Shown here piece by piece: positions 28,996 to 38,266 of a stretch of DNA of 46,278 nt (position 1 is its first letter; every line of letters begins with the position of its first letter). Under the pieces are notes generated by a model. It ran no database searches and had not been told where the DNA came from. It saw nothing but the letters and a program-made list of their open reading frames with translations. The stretch is taken from positions 1 to 46,278 of the forward strand of contig CAVTNR010000007.1 of the NCBI GenBank assembly GCA_963736115.1, read 5' to 3'. The stretch comes from an uncultured bacterium. Its GTDB lineage: Bacteria; Zhuqueibacterota; QNDG01; DTFT01. A program made the position numbers and the translations under genes.

Positions 28996-29871
28996 ATGAA
29001 GATTCTGATCGCCGACGCGTTCGACGCCGGTCTTCCGGACCGGTTGAAAAAATTCGGTGACGTGACCACCGACGCGTCCGAACTCGCGTCCGCAGACGTC
29101 GTGCTGATCCGTTCCAAGACCAAGGCCACCAAGGAATACATCGACCAGGCGCCGAAGCTGAAGCTGATCATCCGCGGCGGCGTCGGCACGGACAACATCG
29201 ACAAGGTGGCGGCCAAGGCGCGCGGCGTCGAGGTGAAGAACACGCCCAAGGCCTCGAGCCCGGCCGTCGCCGAGCTCGCGTTCGCCCTGCTCATCGCGAT
29301 ACCCAACCGCCTGATCGAGGCGCACAACTCGACGAAGGAAGGCAAGTTCCTGAAGAGCGAGATCAAGCGGACGGAACTGCTGGGCAAAACGCTCGGCCTG
29401 ATCGGCGTGGGCCGAATCGGCACCGAGATGGCGAAGCGGGCGAAGGCCTTCGGGATGAAGGTCATCGGCACGGACAAGGTCGTGCAGCAGTCCGACGTCG
29501 TGGAAATGAAGTCCCTGGACGAGGTGCTGTCCCAGTCGGATTACCTGTCCCTGCACACGCCGCTCACGGACGAAACCAAGGGCATGATCAACAAGTCCTC
29601 CATCGCGAAGATGAAGGACGGCGTCGCGATCGTGAACACGGGCCGCGGCAAGTGCGTCGTGGAGGAGGACCTGGTCGAGGCGCTCAACTCCGGCAAGGTG
29701 AAGGCCTATGCCACCGACGTGTGGTATTCCGACCCGCCCGATCCGTCGTGCCCCATTCTCAAGGCACCGAACGTGATCATGGCCCCGCACCTGGGCGCGT
29801 CCACGAAGGAAAACCTGAAACGGATCAGCGACGAAGTCGTCGAACTGCTCGAAGCTTATCAGAAGAACTAA
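28996..29871 (+). CDS. serA: Short D-3-phosphoglycerate dehydrogenase (no ACT domain)
   Basis: CAGGAGG RBS; GVGTDNID, GLIGVGRIG, NTGRG, PHLGAST; directly upstream of serC. Confidence 0.8.
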   Translation: MKILIADAFDAGLPDRLKKFGDVTTDASELASADVVLIRSKTKATKEYIDQAPKLKLIIRGGVGTDNIDKVAAKARGVEVKNTPKASSPAVAELAFALLIAIPNRLIEAHNSTKEGKFLKSEIKRTELLGKTLGLIGVGRIGTEMAKRAKAFGMKVIGTDKVVQQSDVVEMKSLDEVLSQSDYLSLHTPLTDETKGMINKSSIAKMKDGVAIVNTGRGKCVVEEDLVEALNSGKVKAYATDVWYSDPPDPSCPILKAPNVIMAPHLGASTKENLKRISDEVVELLEAYQKN

Positions 29872-29881
29872 GGAGACCGTC

Positions 29882-30973
29882 ATGCCTGAAAAGCGCATTT
29901 GGAACTTCAACCCCGGGCCGTCGACGCTTCCGGCCGCGGTGCTCGAGAGGGCCCAGAAGGAAATGCTCAACTACGCCCAGACCGGCATGTCCGTGATGGA
30001 ACTGTCCCACCGGTCCAAGGCGTACGAGGCGATCCATAACGAAGCCGCGGTCCTTCTGTCCGAACTGCTCGGCATTCCGGCGAACTACAAGATCCTGTTC
30101 CTACAGGGCGGCGCGAGCCTCCAGTTCGCCATGATTCCGATGAATTTCCTGGCCTCCGGAAAGTCGGCCGACTACGTGCTCTCGGGTTACTGGGCACAGA
30201 AAGCCTTCAAGGAAGCCAAGGCCTACGGCACGGTCCGCGTCGCGGGCACCACGGAATCCGTCAACTTCAACCGGGTCCCGACGGACGCCGAGCTTCAGTT
30301 CGACGCCGGCGCCGCGTACTGCCACATGACCTCCAACAACACGATTTTCGGCACACAGTGGAAAACCTTCCCGAAACCGGGGAACGTCCCGCTTGTCGCC
30401 GACATGTCGAGCGACATCCTCTCGCGCAAAATCGATGCCAGCCGGTTTGCCATGATCTACGCGGGCGCGCAGAAGAACCTGGGCCCCTCAGGAGTGACCG
30501 TGGTCGCGATCCGCGAGGATTTCCTCGCGACCGGAAAACCCGAAGTGTCCCCCATCCTGAAGTACGCCACCCATGTCGAGAACAATTCCCTCTACAACAC
30601 GCCGCCGTGCTTCTCCATTTACATCGTGAAGCTCGTGCTGGAATGGGCGAAGGGGCTCGGCGGCATGGCGGCCGTCGAGAAGCGGAACGAGGAGAAGGGA
30701 AATCTCCTCTACGGCACCATCGACGGCAATTCCGGTTTCTTCAAGGGCACGGCGGATCCGGGAAGCCGGTCCCTGATGAACGTGACGTTCCGCCTGCCGT
30801 CCGAGGAGCTCGAGGCCAAGTTCATCTCCGAGGCCCAGGCGGCCGGATTCAGCGGCCTCAAGGGTCACCGATCGGTCGGCGGTATCCGGGTGTCCATGTA
30901 CAACGCGCTGGAACCCGATGGCATCAAGGCCCTGACGGACTTCATGAAGGAGTTCGCGAAGAAGAACGGGTGA
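29882..30973 (+). CDS. serC: Phosphoserine aminotransferase
   Basis: NFNPGP, SVMELSHRS, DMSS, AGAQKNLGP, YNTPP, GHRSVGGIR. Confidence 0.97.
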   Translation: MPEKRIWNFNPGPSTLPAAVLERAQKEMLNYAQTGMSVMELSHRSKAYEAIHNEAAVLLSELLGIPANYKILFLQGGASLQFAMIPMNFLASGKSADYVLSGYWAQKAFKEAKAYGTVRVAGTTESVNFNRVPTDAELQFDAGAAYCHMTSNNTIFGTQWKTFPKPGNVPLVADMSSDILSRKIDASRFAMIYAGAQKNLGPSGVTVVAIREDFLATGKPEVSPILKYATHVENNSLYNTPPCFSIYIVKLVLEWAKGLGGMAAVEKRNEEKGNLLYGTIDGNSGFFKGTADPGSRSLMNVTFRLPSEELEAKFISEAQAAGFSGLKGHRSVGGIRVSMYNALEPDGIKALTDFMKEFAKKNG

Positions 30974-30993
30974 GTTTGATCCGTCAATATACG

Positions 30994-31026
30994 AAAAGCC
31001 CCGGGCGGTTGCGTCCGGGGCTTTTT
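30994..31026 (+). terminator. Intrinsic terminator (near-identical to 34265-34302)
   Basis: aaaagccccgggcg-gttg-cgtccggggcttttt. Confidence 0.85.
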
Positions 31027-31031
31027 ATTAT

Positions 31032-31080
31032 ACGAATGGAACACGGATTATCACGGATCTGCGGTGGATGACCACGGATA
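31032..31080. repeat. Degenerate (C)ACGGAT 9-10-mer repeats
   Basis: aacacggatt atcacggatc ... accacggat; related tracts at 34305-34338 and about 37942-37989. Confidence 0.55.
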
Positions 31081-31128
31081 AAGATGGAGGAATACGGTTA
31101 CTCATTGATTGATTGATATCTGGTGCGT

Positions 31129-31227
31129 TTCCCCGCAGGCCTTCAATAAAAATTAGTCTGATAGCTTGGTCCCGCCCCGCGATGCGGGATCAAACAATAG
31201 ATGCCGGCAACTGAAGACTTCGCGGAA
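31129..31227. repeat. Tail-to-tail doublet of CCTTCAA/TCTTC units
   Basis: Unit 31140-31175(+) and unit 31177-31217(-) meeting at the cccgc hairpin. Confidence 0.7.
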
Positions 31228-31489
31228 GGCTCCTGCCCCTGCGGTGCGGAAAACTTCCGGTTGTGCGTCAGGCGCAGAGGCGGGAGCCTCTGGCCGGAGA
31301 AACGACTCCCTGAATCCGGAAATTCCACCCGATTCGAGAAACCTTTTCCTGTAAACTTACGTATATTATAGATGGATCTGTGGAAAACGAATAATGCATC
31401 GAATATTCAGCAGGTCCGCAGATCCGGCCCAATCCCAATAAAATCAAAAACATAGATATTCTCGTCCCCAATCCTTTCAAGGAGGTTTT

Positions 31490-34240
31490 ATGGCACTCAA
31501 GAGGCATGCGTTCATCGTTTTGCTTCTCCTCACGGCGAGCCTGGCATTCGCCGCGAACAAGTCGGCGCCGTCCGTGGACATCGACATTCCCTACACGAAA
31601 TTCACGCTCGACAACGGACTGACTCTGCTGGTACACGAGGACCACAAGGCGCCCATCGTGGCCGTCAATGTCTGGTATCACGTGGGGTCGAAGAACGAAA
31701 AGCCCGGAAAAACCGGATTCGCCCACCTGTTCGAACACCTGATGTTCAACGGGAGCGAAAATTTCGACAATGACTATTTTCAGGCCATGGAGGCCATCGG
31801 CGCCACGGACTTGAACGGCACCACGAGCGAGGACCGCACGAATTATTTCCAGAACGTACCCACTTCGGCCCTCGACCTGGCGTTGTGGATGGAATCGGAC
31901 CGGATGGGGCACCTGCTCGGCGCGGTCGGCCAGCCCAAGCTCGACGAACAGCGCGGTGTCGTGCAGAACGAGAAGCGGCAGTACGACAACGAGCCCTATT
32001 CAATCAGCGAAGAGCTCATCACCAAAGCCTGCTTCATGCCCGGGCATCCTTATTCCTGGACCGTTATCGGGGCCATGGAAGACCTGGATGCGGCGAAGCT
32101 CACGGATGTGCATGAGTGGTTCAAGGCCTATTACGGACCCTCCAACGCGGTGCTGGTCGTTGCGGGCGACGTCACGCCCCAGACCGCTTTCGAAAAGGTG
32201 AAGCGCTATTTCGGCGACATCCCGCCGGGCCCGCCCGTGGCCAGCCATTCGACCTGGATCGCGAAGCGTTCGGGCGAACACCGGCAGGTTGCGGAGGACC
32301 GGGTGCCCCAGGCGCGGCTGTACAAGGTCTGGAACATCCCGGAATGGGGTTCGAAGGACGGCACTTACCTCGATCTCGTGAGCGACGTACTGGCCTTGGG
32401 CAAGACCTCCCGGCTGTACAAGCGTCTGGTGTACGAGGACCAGATCGCCACCTCCATCTCCGCATTCATCGACATCCGTGAAATCGCGGGGCTGTTTCAG
32501 ATCGTCGCCACGGTCAAGCCGGGTGTGGAAATCGCCGCGGTCGAGAAGGCCGTGAATGAGGAACTGGCGAGACTGCTGGAAAAAGGACCGACGGAAGCCG
32601 AGGTCAGGCGCGTAAAGACCCAGCATGTGGCGGGATTCGTGCGCGGCATCGAGCGGATCGGCGGTTTCGGCGGCAAGTCGGACATTCTGGCGCAGAACTT
32701 CGTGTACGCCGGTGACCCGGCCCATTACAGAACCAGCTTGAAAACCGTGCAGAACGCCACGGCCCGGGACCTCCACGGCGCGGCCAAGCAGTGGCTGTCG
32801 GATGGTGCCTACACGCTCGAGATCCGGCCGTTCCCGGAGCTCGCGGCCGCGGAGAAGAGCGACGTGGACCGCACGAAGCTTCCCGTTCCGTCGGAACAGC
32901 CGGATGCCTCATTCCCGGCCATAGAGAAAGGCCGGCTCTCCAACGGCCTGAACATCATGCTGGCCCGCAGGACCGCCATTCCGGTCGTCAATCTTCAACT
33001 CATCGTCAATGCCGGATACGCCTCGGATCAGTCGGGGCTTCCGGGCACGGCGCGGCTGGCCATGGACATGCTGGACGAGGGCACGAAGAAGCGGACCGCG
33101 CTCCAGATCAGCGAGGAGCTGTCGGGTCTGGGGTCCAGCCTCGGAACGGGCTCCGACCTCGACATGTCGGTGGTGCGGCTGAACACGCTCAAGCCGAATC
33201 TGGACGCCTCCCTGGACATCTTCGCGGACGTCGTGCTCAATCCCGTTTTCCCGGAGGCGGATTTCAAGCGCCTGCAGGCCCAGACCCTGGCGGGGATTCA
33301 GCGAGAGAAGGTGACGCCGATTCAGATGGCGCTCCGCGTTTTCCCCGGACTGCTGTACGGCAAGGAGCACGCGTACGGCAATCCCCTGACCGGGTCCGGT
33401 AACGAAGCCTCGGTGGCGAAGATGACCGCGGCCGATCTCGTCCGTTTCCACCAGACCTGGTTCAAGCCGGGCAATGCCACGCTGGTCGCCGTGGGCGACA
33501 TCACGCTGGCGGAACTTCAGCCCAGGCTGGAGAAACTGTTCGCGGCCTGGCCGTCCGGCGCCGTGCCCGAAAAAAACATCGCAGCCGTGGATCACAAGTC
33601 CGGACCGGAAATCTATCTGATCGACCGGCCGGGGTCCCAGCAGTCCATCGTGTTCTGCGGGCATGTCGCGCCGCCCAATGCCAATCCGGACGAACTGGCC
33701 ATGCAGGTGCTTAACAGCCTGCTGGGCGGAGACTTCACCTCCCGCATCAACATGAACCTGCGCGAGGACAAGCACTGGACCTACGGCGCTGGAAGCTTTC
33801 TGGTGGACGCGCGGGGCCAGCGGCCGTTCATCGTGTACTCCTCGGTTCAGAGCGACAAGACCGCCGATTCCATGCGCGAAATCGTGAAGGAGCTCTCTCA
33901 GGTGATTTCGGACCGGCCGGTGGAATCCGCCGAGTTCGAGAAGGCCAGGAACAACCAGGTGCTTCAGCTCGCCGGCCAGTGGGAGACGGGGAGTTCGGTG
34001 TCCGGTTCCATCGGCGACATCGTGCGCTACGGATACCCGGAGAATCATTTCAACACCTATGCCGAGCGGCTCCGGAAGCTGACGACGGAAGACGCGAACC
34101 GGGCGGGGAAAACCCTCCTGCATCCGGACCGGCTGGTCTGGGTGGTGGTGGGCGACCGCTCCAAGATCGAGGCCGACCTCGGCGGCCTGGGATGGACGAA
34201 GATTCAGCTCATGAACGCGGACGGGAATCCGGTGCAGTAA
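31490..34240 (+). CDS. M16 family zinc peptidase (pitrilysin/PqqL-like), exported
   Basis: AAGGAGG RBS; signal peptide; LDNGL, GFAHLFEHLMF (HxxEH), LREDKHWTY. Confidence 0.95.
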   Translation: MALKRHAFIVLLLLTASLAFAANKSAPSVDIDIPYTKFTLDNGLTLLVHEDHKAPIVAVNVWYHVGSKNEKPGKTGFAHLFEHLMFNGSENFDNDYFQAMEAIGATDLNGTTSEDRTNYFQNVPTSALDLALWMESDRMGHLLGAVGQPKLDEQRGVVQNEKRQYDNEPYSISEELITKACFMPGHPYSWTVIGAMEDLDAAKLTDVHEWFKAYYGPSNAVLVVAGDVTPQTAFEKVKRYFGDIPPGPPVASHSTWIAKRSGEHRQVAEDRVPQARLYKVWNIPEWGSKDGTYLDLVSDVLALGKTSRLYKRLVYEDQIATSISAFIDIREIAGLFQIVATVKPGVEIAAVEKAVNEELARLLEKGPTEAEVRRVKTQHVAGFVRGIERIGGFGGKSDILAQNFVYAGDPAHYRTSLKTVQNATARDLHGAAKQWLSDGAYTLEIRPFPELAAAEKSDVDRTKLPVPSEQPDASFPAIEKGRLSNGLNIMLARRTAIPVVNLQLIVNAGYASDQSGLPGTARLAMDMLDEGTKKRTALQISEELSGLGSSLGTGSDLDMSVVRLNTLKPNLDASLDIFADVVLNPVFPEADFKRLQAQTLAGIQREKVTPIQMALRVFPGLLYGKEHAYGNPLTGSGNEASVAKMTAADLVRFHQTWFKPGNATLVAVGDITLAELQPRLEKLFAAWPSGAVPEKNIAAVDHKSGPEIYLIDRPGSQQSIVFCGHVAPPNANPDELAMQVLNSLLGGDFTSRINMNLREDKHWTYGAGSFLVDARGQRPFIVYSSVQSDKTADSMREIVKELSQVISDRPVESAEFEKARNNQVLQLAGQWETGSSVSGSIGDIVRYGYPENHFNTYAERLRKLTTEDANRAGKTLLHPDRLVWVVVGDRSKIEADLGGLGWTKIQLMNADGNPVQ

Positions 34241-34264
34241 GATCCCGGTCCGATTTTAAAATTC

Positions 34265-34302
34265 AAAGGCCCCGGGCGGTTACGTCCGGGGCCTTTTTTT
34301 TT
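34265..34302 (+). terminator. Intrinsic terminator
   Basis: aaaggccccgggcg-gtta-cgtccggggcc-T9. Confidence 0.88.
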
Positions 34303-34343
34303 GAACGAATGGAACACGGACGCCTGCGGCACGCGGATGAGTC

Positions 34344-34459
34344 AGTTGTAGGTCCGAAATGGCCCGCATTTTTTCTGCGGGCCTTTCGGACATCTTTTAC
34401 TTCGAACCTGATGTCCGATAGCCCGGCTGAAATACGCCGGGCATATCGGACCTACAACT
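34344..34459. repeat. REPIN: inverted doublet of GTAGGTCCGA REPs
   Basis: agttGTAGgtccgaaatggcccgca...tgcgggcctttcggacatc, spacer, gatgtccgatagcccggc...gccgggcatatcggacCTACaact. Confidence 0.8.
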
Positions 34460-34498
34460 TCATGTGCGGATCAGGAGGGCACGACTCAGGGCGACCAT

Positions 34499-34530
34499 GA
34501 ACTCGGAATTCGGAACTCGGAACCCGGAAC
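34499..34530. repeat. Heptamer tandem repeat (CGGAAC-type)
   Basis: aactcgg aattcgg aactcgg aacccgg; reverse-complement family of 13028-13059. Confidence 0.6.
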
Positions 34531-34679
34531 GGTTTCCATCTCCGCGTTTCCCCTTGACAATCCAATAATTTTTTAGAACATTAGTGCGCCTTTCATTCAG
34601 CGGACACGCGGCCGAAATACAGTCGGGCCGTCGCGCCGGCTCCAGTCACCCTTGGGGAGGGAAGGACGGGAAAAGGTCC

Positions 34680-36071
34680 ATGACCACGCTCTTCTGGATC
34701 GATTTCGCGGCAGCCGGACTTTTTACGGTCATATCCGCGGCCCTGATGCTCATCGCCCTGAGCGCCGGCCTGAAAAACCCCGTCAACCGGACTTTCTCGG
34801 CTTTCGCCGCCATCCAGACGGCCAAGGGAATCTGTTCCGTCTATCTCCGCATCTGCCTCTGGCTGGGCCGGGGCAATCCGCAGCACTGGGCCGAATGGGA
34901 AGGCCTTTTTTTCTATTTATCGGCCGTATCTCTGCTCTTTTTCACCGTCGCCTACCTCGGCTTGTCAGCGCGCAAGCATCGGTTCGTCGTCACCCTGACC
35001 GGCGTGGCGATTCTGATGACCATCGGCCCCATACTCGGCGGACAGGTCATTACCCGGGCCCGCCTGGATCCGGCCGGGACAACTCTGGTGACCCTGACGC
35101 CTCTGGGATTCCTCATCAGCGCGGTTCCGGTGTTGTATTTCTGCTGGGCGCTGGCCCTTTTCCATCGGACTCGCCGCGAGCACCACGAACCCTTCATGTC
35201 GGCCAGCCTGTTGATCATGCTCGCGGGTTTCATCGCGGGCGCGGTCATCAATGTCCCGTTCCCGATCCTGTCATTCACGGAACTGTTCAGCATGGCCGTG
35301 CTGGGATACGGCGTGCTGAGCCGTCAACTTTTAAACCCCCTCCGTCAGACCACGGAGAATCTTCGGCGCGAAGTCGCCGAGCGGACGCAGGCCGAGAAGG
35401 CGCTCCAGCATTCGCTCGCGGAAAAGGAAGTCCTGCTCCGGGAGGTCCACCACCGGGTGAAAAACAACCTGCAGGTGGTCTCGAGCCTCCTGCACCTGCA
35501 GACGCAGGACGTGAAGGACAAGCGGGTGCTGGGCCTTTTCGAGGAAAGCCGGAACCGCATCCACAGCATGGCTCTCATCCATGAGCAGTTGTACGGCACG
35601 GCCAGTTTCACGGACGTGCATTTCAGCGACTACGCCGGCCATCTCATCGGCAACCTGCTCCGTTCCTACGGCCGGCCGGGCAAACCCATCGACGTGCGGA
35701 CCCGAATCGCCGTGCACCACCTGAACATAGGACAGGCCATTCCGTGCGGACTGGTCCTTAATGAAATCGTTTCCAATTCCATGAAATACGCGTTTCCCGC
35801 CTCGTTCCGGGGCCGGCCGCGGCTATTCATACGCATGTCCGCGGGCCGGCGAGGTGTCATCGCGCTGTCCGTTTCGGACAACGGTATCGGCATGCCGAAG
35901 GGCAGGGATCTGAGCACTGTCTCGTCGATGGGCATGCGGCTGATCCGCATTCTGGTCGAGGATCAGCTCAAGGGTTCGGTTCGGTTGGAGTCGGGTCGGA
36001 ACAGGGGAACGGCGTATCGCATCGTGTTCAAACCTGAAGCGGAAAGCGAATCATCGTCCCGTTTGCCGTGA
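34680..36071 (+). CDS. Membrane sensor histidine kinase (7TM N-terminus, HisKA_2 type)
   Basis: About 7 hydrophobic helices; LLREVHHRVKNNLQ, RIxSMALIHE, NExxSNSMKYAF, DNGIG. Confidence 0.9.
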   Translation: MTTLFWIDFAAAGLFTVISAALMLIALSAGLKNPVNRTFSAFAAIQTAKGICSVYLRICLWLGRGNPQHWAEWEGLFFYLSAVSLLFFTVAYLGLSARKHRFVVTLTGVAILMTIGPILGGQVITRARLDPAGTTLVTLTPLGFLISAVPVLYFCWALALFHRTRREHHEPFMSASLLIMLAGFIAGAVINVPFPILSFTELFSMAVLGYGVLSRQLLNPLRQTTENLRREVAERTQAEKALQHSLAEKEVLLREVHHRVKNNLQVVSSLLHLQTQDVKDKRVLGLFEESRNRIHSMALIHEQLYGTASFTDVHFSDYAGHLIGNLLRSYGRPGKPIDVRTRIAVHHLNIGQAIPCGLVLNEIVSNSMKYAFPASFRGRPRLFIRMSAGRRGVIALSVSDNGIGMPKGRDLSTVSSMGMRLIRILVEDQLKGSVRLESGRNRGTAYRIVFKPEAESESSSRLP

Positions 36072-36109
36072 CGACTCGCACCGGCGTTCGCCACGGGGAA
36101 CCGTAAATC

Positions 36110-36195
36110 AAAAAACCTCCCGCGGGCCGAAGATCCGTGGGAGGTTTTCAGGGTAAATGAGAAAGCCCCGTCCCCCTGAAAGGGAAGGGGCTTTC
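36110..36195. terminator. Two hairpin terminators between convergent genes
   Basis: aaaacctcccgcgg...ccgtgggaggtttt and gaaagcccc...ggggctttc. Confidence 0.7.
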
Positions 36196-36214
36196 GTATA
36201 TCTGCGGTTTCCAC

Positions 36215-37852
36215 TCAGGGGGCGGGCGCCGGCGCCGGAGGATACGGCACAACCTTCATCCGGTCGCCCGTGTCCCTGGCCACGGCCCTGTACCACTCGG
36301 CCGGGTATTCCGGGTGCAGGGGTTTTCCGAATTCGTTCTTCACGTTCCCGTCCAGGTACTTCCACAGCAGGAATTCGCCGAGCTTCTTCCAGCGGACGAA
36401 CGCCTTCTCTCCGGCCGCCACGGAATAGGACGTCAGGTATTCCCGCGCCAGCCGGGGCGACTGCTTGTACAGGGCCATGGCCGCGGTCTCCACGCTCGTC
36501 TGGTCCGCGAAATACCCGCCCTCCAGCTCGCGCTGGGCTATCTGGATGTCCACGATCATGTCGCAGTAGCGAGAATACGCGAAGTTCGAGACGAAGTTGA
36601 ACATCCAGAAGGCCGAATCCCAGGAGAAGCGGTCAAAGGATCCGGAGCCGGGCGCGAACGGCGCAGCCACCCGGTCGATGCCGCAGTAGAACGGCACGTA
36701 AACCGTGCTGTACGTGTCGTCCACGCCGAACCAGAACACGCCGCCGACGGGGTCCGGCATCCACGAACGCATCTGCGCGACGAACGAGAACCCCGTCTGC
36801 TGGGTGGAGATGGCGCGCTCGAACAGGTAATCCTGGCCGTCAGACTTCCAGGTCATGGGCCGCCACCGATAGGGGCATTTGAACGGACCCGCGCCGAGGT
36901 CCTTCGTCATGTCGAATTCCGAGTTCTCAAAATGGTCGCGCATCAGGCCCATCACGTCGCGGACGGTCAGCTTTTTGTCCGGCCTGACCCAAAGGGGAAG
37001 CGGCTTCGCGTCCGGCGCGGGCCGAACCGCGTCCGCGGAAAGGTTCAGCGACGGCGCGGCGTTGCGGAAAACGCTCCACACGCGGGCCTCGCAGAAGCGC
37101 AGTGCGCCGAAATCCGCCGGGCCGTAGGCGTCGGCGAAGCTGAATTCCGCGTCCGTTCCCTTGAAATATCCCCTTTCCCGCGCGAACGAAACGACGTCCG
37201 GGGAGTGCAGGCAGTTCCCCTTGTCGTTCATCGGGACCTGGCGGATGCGCGGGTGATTGGCGTGGGCGCAGATCATGCCGTCCGGAACGAGCCGGGCCGC
37301 CCAGACCGCGCCGCGACTCCCCCGGCCCTTTCCGATCATGTCCATGATCCAGACCTCGTTCGGGTCCGCGATCGAGAAAGATTCGCCCGAACTGTAATAC
37401 CCGTATTCCCGCACGAGATCGGTCATCACCAGAATGGCTTCGCGCGCGGTCCGGCTTCTCTGCAGGGCCGTGAACATGAGCGTCCCATAATCCAGAACGC
37501 CCGTGGAGTCGTCCGTCAGCTCCTCGCGGCCGCCCCAGGTGGTCTCCCCGATGGAAACCTGGTGCTCGTTCATGTTGCCGACCACGGAGTATGTTTTTTC
37601 CGCCTGCCGGATCTTACCCAGATATTTGCCGGTATCCCATTCGTAAACGTCCACCCAGGTGCCGGCCGCGTATTCCGCGGCCGGGATGAGGACGCATTCG
37701 CCGTACAGCGTGTGCGAGTCCGCCGCGTAGGTGATCATGGTCGATCCGTCCGCGGACGCGCCTTTCGTCACCAGGATGTTGGTGCAGGGGAGAACGCTTC
37801 CGGAGAACAGAAAAACAAGTGTCACTGCGAAAAGCCGCCCGATGCGTGTCAT
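36215..37852 (-). CDS. C69 family dipeptidase (Ntn hydrolase), exported
   Basis: Signal peptide then CTNILV (N-terminal Cys nucleophile); MNEHQVSIGETT, GESFSIAD, HAN, RVW, ERAIS. Confidence 0.9.
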   Translation of the reverse strand: MTRIGRLFAVTLVFLFSGSVLPCTNILVTKGASADGSTMITYAADSHTLYGECVLIPAAEYAAGTWVDVYEWDTGKYLGKIRQAEKTYSVVGNMNEHQVSIGETTWGGREELTDDSTGVLDYGTLMFTALQRSRTAREAILVMTDLVREYGYYSSGESFSIADPNEVWIMDMIGKGRGSRGAVWAARLVPDGMICAHANHPRIRQVPMNDKGNCLHSPDVVSFARERGYFKGTDAEFSFADAYGPADFGALRFCEARVWSVFRNAAPSLNLSADAVRPAPDAKPLPLWVRPDKKLTVRDVMGLMRDHFENSEFDMTKDLGAGPFKCPYRWRPMTWKSDGQDYLFERAISTQQTGFSFVAQMRSWMPDPVGGVFWFGVDDTYSTVYVPFYCGIDRVAAPFAPGSGSFDRFSWDSAFWMFNFVSNFAYSRYCDMIVDIQIAQRELEGGYFADQTSVETAAMALYKQSPRLAREYLTSYSVAAGEKAFVRWKKLGEFLLWKYLDGNVKNEFGKPLHPEYPAEWYRAVARDTGDRMKVVPYPPAPAPAP

Positions 37853-38086
37853 TGTTTGATCCGCCTCTGTTGGTTTGTGGATGCGGACAGTATACGGATT
37901 GAGGGTGAAATATTCAAGGGGATTTTCGATATTCGGTTCCAGGATGGATGGAACACGGATTGAGCGGATGGAACGGATTATCACGGATTAAGATAGTTGA
38001 TAAGTATGGAAACTGCTTTCAATCCACGCAAAAAGTGCTTAAATTAATCACGAAACCGATTTCGTAATATTCTCAATCAAGTGGCG

Positions 38087-38218
38087 GTTGCAGCTCCGAT
38101 ATGCCCGGCGTTTAGGAAAAGTTCATAGTTCATGGGAAAAACGATAGATAGTTATTGTTCGTTTATTCTTTTAACAATGAACCATGAACTATGAACTATG
38201 AACTTGACGCTAGCGGAC
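38087..38218. repeat. REP 5' arm, inverted heptamer arrays (38120-38204) and possible REP 3' remnant
   Basis: gttgcagctccgatatgcccggcgttt ... (atgaac) array ... gctagcggac (intact REP ends gctatcggac). Confidence 0.6.
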
Positions 38219-38266
38219 CGTCACTGATCCCTCAGTTTTTGATTCAACCAAGAGGCAACCCCTTCC

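Noticed and set aside
34554-34582. TTGACA promoter for the 7TM kinase
   Set aside because: Perfect -35 but no good -10 at 16-18 bp spacing
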